Assembly: GCA_033442325.1 (NCBI GenBank)
Contig: JAWQFM010000015.1
Coordinates: forward strand, 382,590-446,589
Length of the DNA: 64,000 nucleotides
DNA from: Salpingoeca rosetta
Taxonomy: Eukaryota; Protista; Choanoflagellata
Direction: 5' to 3'
Each line of letters begins with the position of its first letter. The first letter of the stretch is position 1. A program made the translations under genes and the position numbers. The notes beneath the pieces are model-generated. The model searched no databases, had not been told where the DNA came from, and saw only the letters and a list, made by a program, of their open reading frames with translations. Shown piece by piece: positions 16,730-31,594 of the stretch.

Positions 16730-16824
16730 AGCGAAAATGCGTTTTGTGGTGTCGAGATGCATTAAACCGCCGTCGTCTGCCGCAAACTCGTTGCTGACGA
16801 CAACAACCACCAACCACAAGCGCT

Positions 16825-18122
16825 ATGTCTTCACCTGACGCTGCCACACAGGCACAGGTTGGTGCTCCTTGCGCTTCCGCTGTGCGTGGAGATACCCCCG
16901 TCGCACATGCACATGCACATGCACATGCACATGCACATGCACATGAAATGGCATCTTGGGTCCCGTTTGTGACTCACCGCATTGTTGCGCGTTTGTTCAT
17001 CACTACTTGGGCTTGGCCTCTTTGTCAGTTTGTGTCGCTGATTTCTTCTGATGGGGAGGAGTTCATCATCTCGCGCGACTGCGCCATGCTCTCTGGCACA
17101 ATCAAGAGCATGCTCGAAGGACCAGGTCAGTCTGGCTTGCTTGATTTGTGTATGTACACATGTGTGTGCGTGTGTTTGTGCGTCTGCGTGTGTGCGTGTG
17201 TTTGTGTGTGTGTGTGTGTGTGCGTATGTGTGTTTGTGTGTGTGTGTGTGTGTCTGTCTGTCTGCTTGTCTGCTTGTCTGCTTGTCTGTTTGGTTGTCTG
17301 TTTGGTTGTCTGCTTGTCTTTCTGTCTGTCTGTCTCTCTGTCTATCTGTCTGTCTTTTTGTCTGCCTGTCTGTTTGGTTGTCTGCTAGTCTGTCTGTGTG
17401 TTTGTTTGTGTTTGTGCTTCTCCGTGCATCTGTGTAGTCGCGCATTTGTACTGGCCTTGTTACCCTTGTGTGTCGACCTGTCTGGCGAGCGTGAATCAGT
17501 CTTCACAACCGCCTCCCACACACCCCACCACCCAACCCTGTTTCTGCTCTCTTGAACCAGGGCGCTTTGTTGAGAATGAAAGGAACGAGATTGCCCTTCG
17601 CGAGATCAGGTTGGCACGGTGCTAACGCTTTTCTTGTGTCTGGTGCTGTTCGTCCTTCCCTGATGCTCGCCAATTTGCGTGACATGTGCTGCTGCTGCTG
17701 CTGTATCTGCCTGATATGTGTCTTTCCATTGTCCCTTTCGCGCTGTCCTCATCCAACCCGGTCCTCCTCCCTCTCTCGTGCCTTTTACCAGAGGCCCCAT
17801 CCTGGAGCGCGTGTGCATCTACCTGTACTACAAGGTGCCGTTGAGTTTCAATGAACATGTCCCCGGTTCTCCTACCTTGCTTGTGGTTGTACCTGACCCA
17901 ATGCAACTGACACATAGCTCCACTGGACATCCACCACCCCTGTCCATGCCCTTTTTCGACCGGTCATGTTTGACAGAAACGCTACGACAAGTCGAAGAGC
18001 GACCTGCCAGACTTTGACATCAAGCCGGAGACTGTGCTGGAGCTGTTGATGGTGCGCCTAGTATGTGTGTGTGTGCGTGTTGGCATGTGTGTGTTGGCAT
18101 GTGTGTGTGTGTGTGCGTGCGG

Positions 18123-18153
<31 letters not shown>

Positions 18154-18353
18154 TGTGCGTGTGCGTGTGCGTGTGTGTGTGCGTGTGTGTGTGTGCGTGT
18201 GTGCGTGCTTGTGTGTGGTGGCGTTTGCCACTTAATGTGCATGTGCCCCATCACATCTGTTTGACCTTGCTGCACATTCTCACCAAGGCCGTCATTCTGC
18301 ATGTGTTTTCACACACCACTTGCCCACAGGCTGCTAACTTCCTGGACGCATAA
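16825..18353 (+). CDS. ELOC: Elongin C (Skp1-family)
   Basis: Six exons give [11 protein letters not shown]|[32 protein letters not shown]|[16 protein letters not shown]|[15 protein letters not shown]|[25 protein letters not shown]|AANFLDA*, which is canonical Elongin C. Confidence 0.96.
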
Positions 18354-19042
18354 ATGCAACCCAGACAACACAATTCCATGTCACGTCGTATTTGTTGTTG
18401 TGCTGCTCCGTGTTTCCCTTAATTCCACCCGCCTACGTATTGCTCCTTTGAGCAGTTCCCGTGCTCATGACGTGTTGTCCTTGCTGACTGACGCGTTCGT
18501 GTGAGTCTGCTGCCGCTGCCTGGCTGCACTGCCTTTTCTGTGTCGTTTCACAATGAAATCCTATGCCACTCTTGGCAGATAGACGACCTATGCAAGCGAG
18601 CACACATACACACATGAACCTAGATATTTACTGAAGCTGAGCGAGCGTGGTTCCGCCGACATGAGGACATGTGCCTTCAGGCCTTTGAGGTCGAAAGCGG
18701 TTGATGGCGTGGAGAAAGATGACGGAGTACTCCTTGCACAAGCAATGGAACTTCGCAGCGTTGCACACACCGAATGGGTGACTTGTTCTCTTCTCTAGTT
18801 CTTTTTGTATTCATCTCAAGGCACTCGAACTCTCAAAGCAGCCCACCTGCAGACGACACCAAACACACTCACCCACGCAGCCTTGGAGGGACAAACATAC
18901 GTCGTGTGTTGCAAACTCCACCAATCATACATTTGACAGCCAGCCCCACTCCTTGCGTGTCCCACACAGGCACGAGCACATCACTTAGCCATGTTGCCAT
19001 CATGTTCACCATCCTCCTAGACCTTCAGACCATCTCATGATC

Positions 19043-21086
19043 TCAGTCAAGCCCGTCCGAGTAGTCGGGGTCATAGAAGTCGACGCCTTCGCAGTTGCCG
19101 GGATTGTCATACAGGCACCACCAGCTCATCTCGCGCTGCTTGCACGCTTCGCAGTCCCGGCCATGCCCGAACTGCATGGCAGCGCCAGGAACAGCAAACA
19201 AACACCAACCAGCAGGAAGCAGCAGAGAACACGTGCGTGAGAATGAAGTACGCGTCTTGTGCAAAGCTAGATCGCAATGGCTACACACGCGGTGCGAAGC
19301 GCAAGCATAGTCGCTTGTGCAGGAACATACAAGAACGTACATACACACCATGGTGAAAACGTCAAACGCAGACGCGAGTCGCTGCCGGTATCGGTGCCGC
19401 TTTGCCTCCTCGGGGCTCAGGCCCGTGTGGTTGTACAGGACCGTCACCTCCTTGAAGCGGCGCACCAGCTCCTCGTCGCCCGTCGCCTTCACCTTCTCAA
19501 ACAGCTCTGCTGTGTTTCGCGGCGAGTTGAGGTCAAGTATCTTGATGTTTGGGAGGCTGACCATGGACTTCCATTGCTTCAAGGTGGGGGGCTGATATGA
19601 TTGCAGCCACACCATCTCAATGTTATCAAGCGCAGGCCGCAGCTCAGGTGGAACAGCACATGTGCGGTAAAACTTGATGCCCCGAATATCCAAAATACTC
19701 TGTCGCGTATCGGCGTGATGCGTGAAGTTGTGTAGCATCTGGTCCCAAGAACCGGCAAGGTCGGCATAACCTGGCACATCAAGGCGGAAGTTTGCAAGGG
19801 CGTGGTTGAGAGCCTCACGCGCAGCCTCTAGTGCAGCTGGGTCGGTGGACGCAATGATGAACTCACGCGCCGCACTCTTGTGGCACCCTGCCGCGTCTTC
19901 CTCGTCTACCTTGTCGTCTTCCTTCTTCAGACCAAACTGCTGTTGCTGCTGGTGCTGCTGCTGCTGGTGCTGCTGCTGCTGCTGGTGCTGCTGGTGTTTG
20001 TTGTCGTCCTCGTTTCTGCCATCCTCGCTGCCCTCCCCCACCTCTTGGCTCAAGCGCAACAGCTGTGCGCACATGGCCTGTTGAAGCAAAGCTGGGGCGT
20101 CTGCGGACGGCTTGAGCGGCATCTTCGGGCCCACAGCCGCAAATGCCGTGTCCTTCGTGAACTGCAGTCGTTCCAGGCCGCGGTGGATGGCAGCAGCGAC
20201 GAGTGCAAAGTTCTCGTCGTCGTCCTTCAGCTTAAGCTCGCCCTGCATCCCCGCAATGTCGACAGGGATGACCTGCGTCTCGACTGCTCGAGCAGCTGCT
20301 TGTGTCGCTTGCTCAACGTGCTCGGCGTGCTCAGCGTGCTTGGCGCTGCTCTTACCGGGTGCGTGGGCTGAGCCGTGAACACCGCTGTCTGCATCGCTCA
20401 CCTCGTCGCCACTGCTCACCACGCTGCCACTGCTGCCATTGTCGCTGTCGCTTGCGGTGCTGTGCTCACTGCAGGTGCTGGAGTTGATGTCCTTGTCGCT
20501 GGTGCGTGAAGAAGCCGAGTGCTCGTGTGCATCGAGCTCGCCAACGTGCTCCTCCTCATCATCAAAGAAGCGGTGCATGTAGAAGTTGAAGTCGAGGGAG
20601 CCTCGACCTAAAGCCACGGCATCGCAGTACGCCTCCATGAGCTCGCTGGTGTACTCTTCTGCCAGCGCAGCCGCCTGCTCGCGTGTGACACCTGTCACCG
20701 TCAGCACGGCCGGGGACGTCTGCAGGGTGCAGGTGATGTTGCCGGGCTCGCTCTGCGCAATGCGCGCCAAGACAGGTGGCCGCCGCACACAGTAGTCGAA
20801 GGCAGCAAGGGCCGTGTCTGTCTCGTTGGCCTTGTCGAAGGTGAGCGTGTGTGTTTTTGAAATGGCCCGGTGGTACGTGCATCTGGTTTTCCCCCACTCG
20901 CCATAGGCAACAAACGTGCCGCGCTTTGGGCTGCTGCTTGCTGTGCTTGCGCTTGCTGTCGAGCCTGCGTCTTCGCTCTGAGCAGGAGCACCACACCCAT
21001 CTGCTTGTGGTTGTTGAGCCTGGGTGCGCTCAACGTGCTCCGTGATAATGATAGCGTCTTCTGTTGGGTGTTCCTCGTGCATCATG
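19043..21086 (-). CDS. Orphan protein of about 620-680 aa, nearly intronless
   Basis: Long non-repetitive ORF (19043..21205), likely start MMHEEHPTED. Contains poly-Q and Ser-rich linkers and a probable 177-nt in-frame intron at 19172-19348. No family recognised. Confidence 0.7.
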
Positions 21087-21555
21087 CAGTGACGACGGTT
21101 GGCTGATGGTTGTGATGGTGGGCTGGGATGGTAGCGCTTCTTGTGTTGGGTAGCGGGTGCTTGTTTGGTGTGGTGTGACACTTGCGCGAAGGCAGCGTGT
21201 GACATGAACGAGAGTGCGTCTGCGTGCGTAATAGAGAGGGGGTTGAACGATCAGGGGTGTTACACAACAGGAACGCTTGCCTGGAGCATTGTTGAATATC
21301 TTACACAAACCATCATCGATGACGTGTGTGCACAATCATCTCTTCAAATCTTCATCCACGAGCTTTTTGGCATAATGCATGGAAGAGTACTGTGTCCCCA
21401 TTGTCTTCTATATTGGCACAGAGCGAGCGAGAGCGAGAGAGAGACACCAACACAAGCAGCAAACGACAGCAACAACAACAACAAACAGCAACCCATGCAT
21501 GGGTCACACCCCATTTCTGCGTGCCTCTTCACACAGTACAACACACACAGACATA

Positions 21556-21609
<54 letters not shown>

Positions 21610-21622
21610 CCCAGCCCACTCA

Positions 21623-23590
21623 TCAACGGTTCGATCGCCTGCTGCCAGCGCTGGTGGTGATGGTCGTGTCGGCCATGGAAGTGGCATCCTCCTCAATGTC
21701 GTCATCCCCACCGTCAGCGCCCCTCATATCCGCTGTTGCCCGCCGGAACTTGCTCAGCTTGAACCCCAGCGTGTCCCGCACAGATGCAAACGACTCTTCA
21801 AGATCAGGGTACTCCCGCACCAAGTAGTCTGGCGTGCATGACGGTGTATGGTGCAGGTGGTTGTGTGTATATTTGTGTGTGTGTGTGTGCGTGTATGGTT
21901 GTGTGCGTGATGGTTGTGTGTGTGTGTGTGTGTGTGTGAGCGGTAGGTTCAAAACGCACCCACAATCATGCATCAAGCACAAAACACCCGTTGCAATTGA
22001 TACATATGTGTGTGTGTGTGCATTTGGTGTCCATGTGTGAGTGTGTGCGTGTGTCTGATAGCCGCCGGATGGACGCCATGACACACACGGCAGTCACAAG
22101 CCCTCGTTCTCCGTGCCCTCACCGATGATGGCACCGAGGTGCTGCAGCGTTGTCATCTGCTTGTCGATGCTGCGCTCGTAGCTCGACGCATCCTGCACCG
22201 CAATCAACACACGTCAGCGTCAGCAAAGTGCAGACAACACAGGTCACACGACAAACACGACGCAGCATCATCACACATGCACGGCCAAGATGGGCAAGGC
22301 AGGCACCGACATGCACACACACACACAGTCACACATACATACAAGCACGCAAGCATATGAGGAAACAGGGACATGCTCGTGCGCATGTGCGGCAGCTGCG
22401 ACGCCACGCCAGCTCGGGGCACACATGTACGTGTATGTGTGTGTGTGTGTGCGTGTACCTTGAAGCGGAGCTTGAGGCTGCCCTTGGTGACGGCCTGGTA
22501 GTGCTTGAGCGCGGCCTGCGCATCAACAACGTCCTCCAGGTTGTGCATGCGCTGCCGCATCTTCTGCCGCTTCATGGACGCCAGCTCGTCAAGGTGTTGG
22601 CGCAGCGCTCGGAACCGCTCCTGCCGCTCCCGCAGCGCGTGGTGCACCTATGGTGGTGGTGGGTGATGTTGGTGAGACCGGTGGAAGTGTTTTTGGTGAT
22701 GGTGGTGATGGTGGTGACGGTTGCGGTGGAGTCGGGACACGTGCAGGAGAAAGGAGTCGCCTTGGTTGGTGTGCGCATATGTGCGTATGTGTGTGCATAT
22801 CTGTGTGTGCATATCTGTGTGTGCGTGTCTGTGTGTGTGTGTGTATGTGCGTGCGCATGTGTGTGTGCATGTCTGTGTGTATGTGTATGCCAACGCCAAA
22901 GAAGACGGCATTTGTGTGCTCGCACCTCGTCCTGCCGCTGCTGCTTGAGGTCAATCTCTTCTTCGCACAGACGAATGTCCGACAGCGCCGTCTTCACCCG
23001 CTTCTTCAGATCCATCACCTGTTGCGCCCGGTGGCAGTGGCGGTGGAAGTTGAGCGGAGGTAGGGAGTTGTGTGTATGTGTGTGAAGGAGTATGTGTGTG
23101 TGTGTGAGTGGTGAGTGTGTGTGTGTGTGAGTGTGTGCGCATGGGGATGAAAAAGGCGATATAGTGGTGGTGAGCACAGCGCTGTGGCGCATCAGTACAT
23201 GCAAGCACGCACATTCACGCACATATACACACGCACGCACACATCTTTCCATGAAAGCACATGTACGCCCGGCCACTAGCCCACTCACAGAACATGCACA
23301 CATACACACGGCCTCACATACACACACACACATACACGCACACGCACGCACACGCACACACGGACGCACACACACACACACACACATAGGTTACCTCCTT
23401 GCGGATGCTCTGTGTGTGGTTTGTGCCCTTCTTTGCCTGCAGGCGGGCCTTTGCACCGATGTTTCCGCGGCGGTCGACGCACCGCTCCATCTCCGTAATC
23501 AGCTCCTCCTTCTCCCGCAATATCGACTGCAGCTTCAGGTTCATGCGATGGATCTCAGACCGCATGCCTGCCATCAACAATAACCACAAC

Positions 23591-23628
<38 letters not shown>

Positions 23629-24027
23629 GTGTGTTGGTGGCGTGCCAGCATGGCGTGACGTAGCGGTCATGCAAGGGACAGAGAGCGAGCGCGTGATTGT
23701 GTGCCTGTGTGTGATGAAATGCACGCAGCAACAGCACACGCACACGCATACACACATACAGCGCTGCCCGCACATGTCCCAAGCACACAGCCATACACAC
23801 ACAAGAATACATGCACACACACAAGAATACAATGCGGTGGCTGTATAACGCACTGTCAAGCTCTTCCTTCCCCTCGTTTGATTTGATCTCCGCCTTTGTC
23901 TCCTGCCACCATTTGGTTATGTCACGTCAAGCACACAAGACACAACGCCAGCCTGTCTGTCAGCACACGTGACCGTAGCAAAGCCGCATCTACACCAATG
24001 TCAGACCAAACAGCACAGCACGCCTTC

Positions 24028-24108
<81 letters not shown>

Positions 24109-25289
24109 ACACACACGAGAAGCCTGCTGACCACCGCGCGCACTGCCCCCCCTCCTCACACACATTCACATACAGACAGCGGGCGCACCTTGACGAGTTG
24201 GATTTTCTTCTCCCACAGGAGCAGCTGTCGCTCGGCCTCAATGACGGCGTTGAGCAGCCGCTCGCGCTCGCCGTGCAGGTCCTCAATCTGCGTCTGCAGC
24301 TGCACCGTCTCCCGCTCCTCCGCCTTGAGCTGCCGCGTAAACTCGTTCTGCATGAGCACATTTGTGGACTGGAGGTCCTCCTGCACCCCCCTGTTGCGCG
24401 CAATGAGCGTGTTGAGCTTCACCAGCTCCTGCTGCAGCGCCTTGAACTGCTTCTCCTGCGTTGCGATCTCCTTCTGCTGGCCTGTCCACACGCACACCCC
24501 ACCGCATAAACGCGCGCGCGCGCGTGTGTGTGTGTGTGTGAGCCAGAGGGGAGAAAGAAAGATGAAGAGAGAGAGACATGAGAGGGAGAGAAAGGTCAGA
24601 GAATGAGTGTGTGTGTGCGTGTGTGTGTGTGTGTACGTGTGTGTGTGTGTGCGGGGCACATGTGTGTTTGGTGTGAGCTTGTTGTGAATGTGTTTGGGAG
24701 CACATTGTTGCCGTTTCAGTGGCACGCACGCGTATCACCAGCGACAAAGCGCATACAACACAACACGCTCATTGACATACAGCCCAAATCACGTCCAAGC
24801 ACGCACAAGACCGCCGCAAGCACATGCCTGCCACCAACCCTCCACTAACACCACCGCTACCATCACCACCCCAAAACCACCACCACCACCACCACCACTC
24901 TACAGCCACGAGGACAACGACGTACTGTTGAGTTCCTGCTCGAGCCGGAACTGCTGCTCCTGCAGAACAATGCGCTTGGTGCGCAGCGCGTCAATGGCGT
25001 TGCGCTGGTCCTCCGCCTGCCGCTCAATCGACACAAGCTCGCTCTGCTTCGACAGCCACCTGCACACAGCACAGTCACGACAGCACAGTCACGACAGCAC
25101 AGCAGATAGGGACAACGCAGTGAGCTGAAAAGAATTGGGGCCGGGGCGGCGGATTATGCCACGCTGATCACATGTGCATGCATGCACGTATATATGTATG
25201 TGTGGTGGCCGTGCGTGCACACAGGCCTGAGCCCACAACTATCAATGCGTTCACACACACGCGGAAGCACGTACACAGACAGACAAACC

Positions 25290-25328
<39 letters not shown>

Positions 25329-25830
25329 GCACAAACACAAGCACAAGCATGCATGCGCAGTCATCTTCACATCATGGGCAGCGGCAACGCACCTGTCCTG
25401 GAGTTCGCCATTGTCCTTTGAAACGGAAACAATGTCCTTCCTGTTGAAACAAAGAAAGTGCAGGAGAACGCAAGACCACGCAGTGGCGCCCGTTGTGTGA
25501 GCACACAAAGCAGACCCATGGCAACGGCAATGATGGTGGTGGCGACAGGGGCTGACACGTGTGCGTGCATGTATCGACATAGAGAGCGTGAAGTCCGAGT
25601 GCAATAATGAGCAAACAACAGCAGCAAGTGCAACACCGCGGCTACGGCCGCTCGCACCTGAGGTTTGCAATGGTGATCTCGGCTGGGGACATGTCCTCAT
25701 TGCCAGCGCCCTCTGCCGCAAGGCGCTCACGCAGCGCTCCCAGTTTCTGCAGTGTGTACACACATACACGCACGCATATGTGCAAGTGAGCATCAAATCT
25801 TTGCTGTGGTACTGCAAACCGCGAGCGTGC

Positions 25831-25910
<80 letters not shown>

Positions 25911-26971
25911 GCCCAGGGGCAATCAGAGCACCCTCACCTTGTTCATGGTGTCGATTTGTGCCTGCTTTCGCTCAATGGCCACAAATTGCTGTTTGCTCTG
26001 TGCTTCGTACTCCCGAATCTGCTGGTCAAGCTCCTGCACACGCGCGCACGCAGTGACCGTGTCGGTGAACACGACACGCGCAAGTATTCTCGCAAACACA
26101 CCCACATCTTTCATGCACACTCACGCACACATGTTACCTGTGCGTGTGCTTGCAGGTCCTTCCTGTCCTTGTTGAGAGCCTCGATGCGCGCCTCGTAGTC
26201 GCTCGCACGCACGTCGTTCTTCGCAGCCTCATTCTCAATGTCCGTCAACAGCATCTCCTACATACACACATGCACACATACACAGGTGCACATTGGTGGG
26301 TGTGAGTGCATGCCCAGGCACAGGTTGTGGTGCAGAGGCAAGAGAGTACACGCAAGGTTTCGTGAGCCCAAAGATGGCCATACTTCTGGGCTCTTCCTGC
26401 ACTTTCGTGCAGCAATCATCCAGCCCCGCACATGCACCAAAACCCAACGCAAGTGCACACGCGACAACAAACAACAACAACAACAACAACAACAACAAGA
26501 ACAACAAGAACAACAACAGCAGCAGCAGCAATGCGAACGGCTATAATAACGAGGGGAGCGATATCGTCGCCACCAGCAGTAACATCACCACCACAACCAC
26601 CACCACAGCCACAAGCACTCGAAGCAACGCTTGGTGGGTTCTAGTGGGACTTTGCACCTGCTGTTCGATGGCATCCCTGACTTGCTTGATGGACTTGGCC
26701 GCGCCTTTGCTTGCGTTGTCCACCGTCAACTTCTGCTGCATCAACGCCACAAGCTCCTCCTCGAGCGCAACCTGACCGCAGCCACATTTGTGGCCAGACA
26801 GGTGAGCGCGGCAACGATACAGTCATGGTGTAGCGATGGTGTGGTGATGGTGTGTGGGTGAGAGTTAGGTTCAAGCCACAGAAAGTCTGTGCAGCTGAGT
26901 GACAGACAAGGTATAGGCGCACAAGCACACAAGAACACGAGGAATGGAACGCTCAAGCCCTCGAACTGTCC

Positions 26972-27049
<78 letters not shown>

Positions 27050-28128
27050 CAAGACAGAAGCAAACGCCCGCACCTTCTGCTTTGCAAGTCTGTCCTGTTT
27101 ATCGCGGGCCATGCGGACTTCGCCTGCGCGGATGTTTGCATCCTGCTGTGCGCGCTCAAGCTGCCGCTCCGTGTCCTGTAACGCCTTGTTCACCATGCTG
27201 TACTCCGCTTTCACCTGGTGCCATCAGCAACAGGTGTTGGCGTTGTTTTGTGTTGGGTGTGTGTGTGTAATCAGTGGTGAGTCGAGGGTCGTGGGTGTTT
27301 GGACAGCCAATAGCTTGACAGCCAGTAGCTAGAGCACAAGACACAGCTGCGCAGACGAATATGTGTGCACGAAACGGTCGTTGCATGGTGTTCAGAGAGG
27401 AACAGCAGCAGCATCACGTAACGTGGCGGGATGCGACGTGTCACCTCGTCCTGCTGTGCAACGATGGCGTCGATCTTCTTGTTGACAGACTGCACCTCCG
27501 TCTCCAGTCGCGAAAGCTGTAGCGAAAACCCCTGCACACACGCACGCACATGGGAAGGACAAAACATGGGAGTTCTGGGGTCAGCCTAGCAATTCCACAC
27601 TACTTCTCTTCAAGCAAACACACGCCCACACCCGCCACACCCACAACCACACGCTCAGATTTACACCCACACCAACGCCCACACAGAAACCCGTCCCCAC
27701 CCGTCTGCACCGCGTGTGTGAGTGCGCACCTCGTTTGTCTCCTGCTCCGCCTTGATGTTTCGGTCGACACCTTCGAGTTCGCGCTGGCGAGCAAACACCT
27801 CCTGCTGCTGCTCCCGTACGGCCTTTTGCATGGCGCTCAGGGCCTCGTTCCGCTTGCCCAGACCCGTGATGCTGTGCTGCCACAGCTGCTGCACCTCCCG
27901 CTTCCGAAGCGCAATCTCCTGGTGTTCGAGTGTGTGTGTGTGTGTGTGCGTGTGCGTGTGTCATGAGCGACATGTGTGAGCACACATTAAGCTCAAGCAT
28001 TCAGCCTGCACTGCCGCATGCTCGCAAGCAAGAGCCAATATCATCGCGAGTAATAACACAACCAACCAACCAACCAACCAACCAACAACAACAAACAATA
28101 ACAACAACAAACAACAAACAACAACAAC

Positions 28129-28167
<39 letters not shown>

Positions 28168-28708
28168 ACAACAGCTCCCCCCTCTCTTCCAGCCGCACGG
28201 GCAACGCACGTCAATCTCCATCTGCGCTTCTCTGAGGTTGCCGCGCGCCTCCTCCGTCTCCTCCTTCTGTGCCTCAATCTGCTTGCGTGCGAGCGTGATG
28301 TCTCGCTCCAGGTCCTTCACGCGCTCGCGCAGTCGGTCGACGTACTCGTCCTGCTTCTGTTTCTCCTCCTCCATCTTGGTCTGCTCCTTCGTTGCCTTCC
28401 CCGCTGCTCGCTTGGCCCCCTTCACCTTCGCCTCAAGCTCCTCAGCGTGCTTCTCAAACAGCAGCACCTGCAGCGGCGGGCACGTGTGTGTGCGTGTGTG
28501 TGTTGTGTGTTGTGTGTTGTGTGGTGGTCACGCGTGGTTGCGTGACAGGCCAGAGGTCAGACAAAGAAATAACGGTGAGCAAGCAGGCCAGACAACGAGG
28601 TCACCAGCCAAGGTGCAGAGGGGTAGAGAGTCACGCACGCTCTGTGGGTTCCCGGGCCACAGCTCATGACTCGTTCGCCACAATGACAAAGCATCCCCCT
28701 TTCCCGAA

Positions 28709-28739
<31 letters not shown>

Positions 28740-29527
28740 GACACAGACACACAGACACACGCACCTTGCGGCTGAGCTCATCGTATTCGCGCTGAATGGC
28801 ATCGCCCTCCTTGCTCTGTTCTTTCAAGGCTTGTTCATGCTCTGCATGCTTCGCTTTCACCTATCGACAACATGTGGGGAAATAGAGAGATATTGAGCAG
28901 CCATGAGGTGCATGTACAACACGGAAGCGTGCCAAACAAGCAAGCAAGAGAGCAAGCAAGGCGAGTACACACGAACGCCGTCGTACACGCACACGCACAC
29001 ACGCACACGCACACGCACACACGCACATGCACCCACTCGCTCACTCTCACATACACACATAAAAAAGAACTCAGTCGCACCTGGGAGAGCAGCATCTCCT
29101 CCTGCTCGCGATCTTGCAGCAGACGGTTGCATTCGTCCTGTGTCTTCTCCAACTCGGCCTGCAGCTTTGCCAACTGCTGCTGCACGCTGTACAGCTGAAC
29201 GCCAACCTCCTCTCGCTCTGTCTTGCTTGTCTTGAGCTTCTGGGACTTCTCCTGGAGCTCCTCGGTGACCTCTTGCAGGCGCGATGTCAGCTGCCTACGC
29301 AGCGCCTCTTGCACGCGCTGCAGCGCTGGGTGGTCTGGCGGCAGATCATCATCATCAAAGTCTTCGTCATCGTCATAGTCATCGCCCTCATCATAGGCGT
29401 CAGCGTACGGATCTTCGCCTGAACCAGCGTTGTCACCTCCGCCAGTGTACTCATCTGAATGCAGGTCCTCGTCGTCACCGACGTAAGGGTCGTTGTTTGG
29501 CCGGTGCGGCCTCGCAACGTCCGCCAT
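21623..29527 (-). CDS. CCDC40: Coiled-coil domain-containing protein 40 (FAP172, axonemal 96-nm ruler)
   Basis: Acidic N-terminus followed by LPPDHPALQRVQEAL...EREEVGVQLYSVQQQLAKLQ. Later hallmark segments KQKQDEYVDRL, EAERQLLLWEKKIQL, MRSEIHRM. Many coiled-coil exons, last exon ending GSRRSNR*. Confidence 0.92.
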
Positions 29528-29535
29528 GGCTTGTG

Positions 29536-29570
<35 letters not shown>

Positions 29571-30121
29571 GTGCTTGTGCTCAGCTGTTTGTGCGCGTGC
29601 TGTTTGCGCGCTCGCTCTCGCGCTATCGCCAGCTTACGGTACTTTTGCTGCCTGCTCTTCCTCTTGTCGACAGCTGCGTGTTCACAGCAGCTTCAAGCCA
29701 GCCAGGCAACCCTGCACAACGGCACAGCTGTGTGTGTGGTGTGTGTGTGTGTGTGTGTTTGCTGTTGTGTATCTTGGGTGTCTGGTTGCTTGTTTCGGTT
29801 TTGCCAGCCGCAGTTGCCAAGCCTGATGTTGTATCCACCGCAGCAATAAAATGCGCACTAAGCCCACAAATGAGAGGAACAGCGAAACATACACCCACGC
29901 AAACGCAAACAAAAGTCCGGAAACGTTGTGTGGGCGGATGGATGGAGCACTGAATGCATGCACTCGCGACTGGAACGACGAAGGACTTCAAGGGGAGAGG
30001 GAAGGCAGGGAGGCAAGGCAAGCAAGGGGAGGCAAAGGGAGAGGGAGGGAATATGCAGGGACAAAGAAGTACTCAGTGTACAGCGAAGTGGGATAGGAGA
30101 AGTAAGCGAAAGGGGAAACGT

Positions 30122-30570
30122 ATGAGAATGCCACCAACGAGATGCCGCCCGCTGCTTGTGGTTGCGGGTCTGGTGGTGGTCCTGGCTCTGGCTGGGTCTG
30201 TGCTGGCAGACAAGGACTTGGCAGCTGCGATTCGGCGCAACATCGCCAGGAGCAGGAGCGGTGGTGTCAGCAGTGACACCAGTGACGGTGGTGGCAGTGG
30301 AAGCACAACGACGGCGACAATGACTGCCGTGACATATGTCGGTGCAAGCGAGCACCCGCTGAGTGTCTCTGCAGCAGACTTTGAAGGCATGTACAAGGAC
30401 AACTCGGACCTGTGGGGCGACTGCGGGGAGGAGAACGCATACATCAACTATATGCGGTCGCAGTCCGGCAACGTCGACAGTGCGCAGCTCCTGCTTGAGT
30501 TTGCCATGGTGCCTTCAGTCAAGACAACCTCTGGCTCTGACATTCACCAAGCAGCAGCCGACGGTGGGCG

Positions 30571-30623
<53 letters not shown>

Positions 30624-31508
30624 AGGTGTGTGTGCGTGTGTGCGTGCGTTGTGGTGTACAAAAAGGGCGTCTGTGATGGTCCAAGTCTGCTGAACAAGTA
30701 TCTTTGCGTTCCACAGTCATCATCATTCGCGTCCAAACACGTGCAGACAATTTACACTGACACAGGCCAGGTGTCATGGGGAGGTACCGAGCTGGTGTAA
30801 GAGTTGTGTGTATGCAGATTGATAATCGGACTAGCAGGTCTAGGAACAGGCCTCGGGTGAGCTCGACTCATCGCGTACTATTAACTGCTGGTGATGGTCT
30901 TTAATCTTTCTCGTATAGGATACTAGACTAATCAAGGGAGACGTGGGTATGTGTTTCTATTTAGGTGAACAACAATATCACGATCTAGAGATGTAGATCC
31001 GGAGAGGTCCTAGGGGCAAACCACTATTAGATGGGGGAGCGGAGTTCACAGTAACATAGCTAAAGCAAAATACAGATGACCCGAATGGACATCAGTGAAT
31101 TACGGATACCCGAAACCGTAACTTTGCAGTACTTGCCGCTAGTACGTAGCGTAAGCTGGAATACCGTGGATAGTGAGTCTTCCCNNNNNNNNNNNNNNNN
31201 NNNNNNNNNNNNNNNNNNNNNNNNNNNNNNNNNNNNNNNNNNNNNNNNNNNNNNNNNNNNNNNNNNNNNNNNNNNNNNNNNNNNTGTCATTAATCCCGCC
31301 CTTTCGTCCTCTGGTGCTTCCAGACACAAGTTTGCCGGCAGCACGGCCCTGCACTTTGCTGCCGAAATGGGACAGGTGAGCGAGCCATTTGCATAGTTGA
31401 GTGGGCGACGCGTGGGGTTGAGGTGGTGATCACCTGATGTCACCTCACCAACTCGAACAGTGCACTTCCCTGATCCTTCCATCCAGCACTCACAAATTTT
31501 CACTCACG

Positions 31509-31594
<86 letters not shown>

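Noticed and set aside
18530-18800. Short non-repetitive open frame downstream of ELOC
   Set aside because: No convincing start or splice context and no recognisable motif. Probably UTR or intergenic.
30750-31184. Compositionally alien, TA-rich, repeat-free stretch that could be foreign DNA or an ncRNA (small TTACGG/CCGTAA hairpin at about 31100-31121)
   Set aside because: It directly abuts the N gap. It follows a plausible acceptor (CACGTGCAG) whose exon decays at once into stops, and has no ORF or terminal repeats. Best explained as a low-quality read tail.
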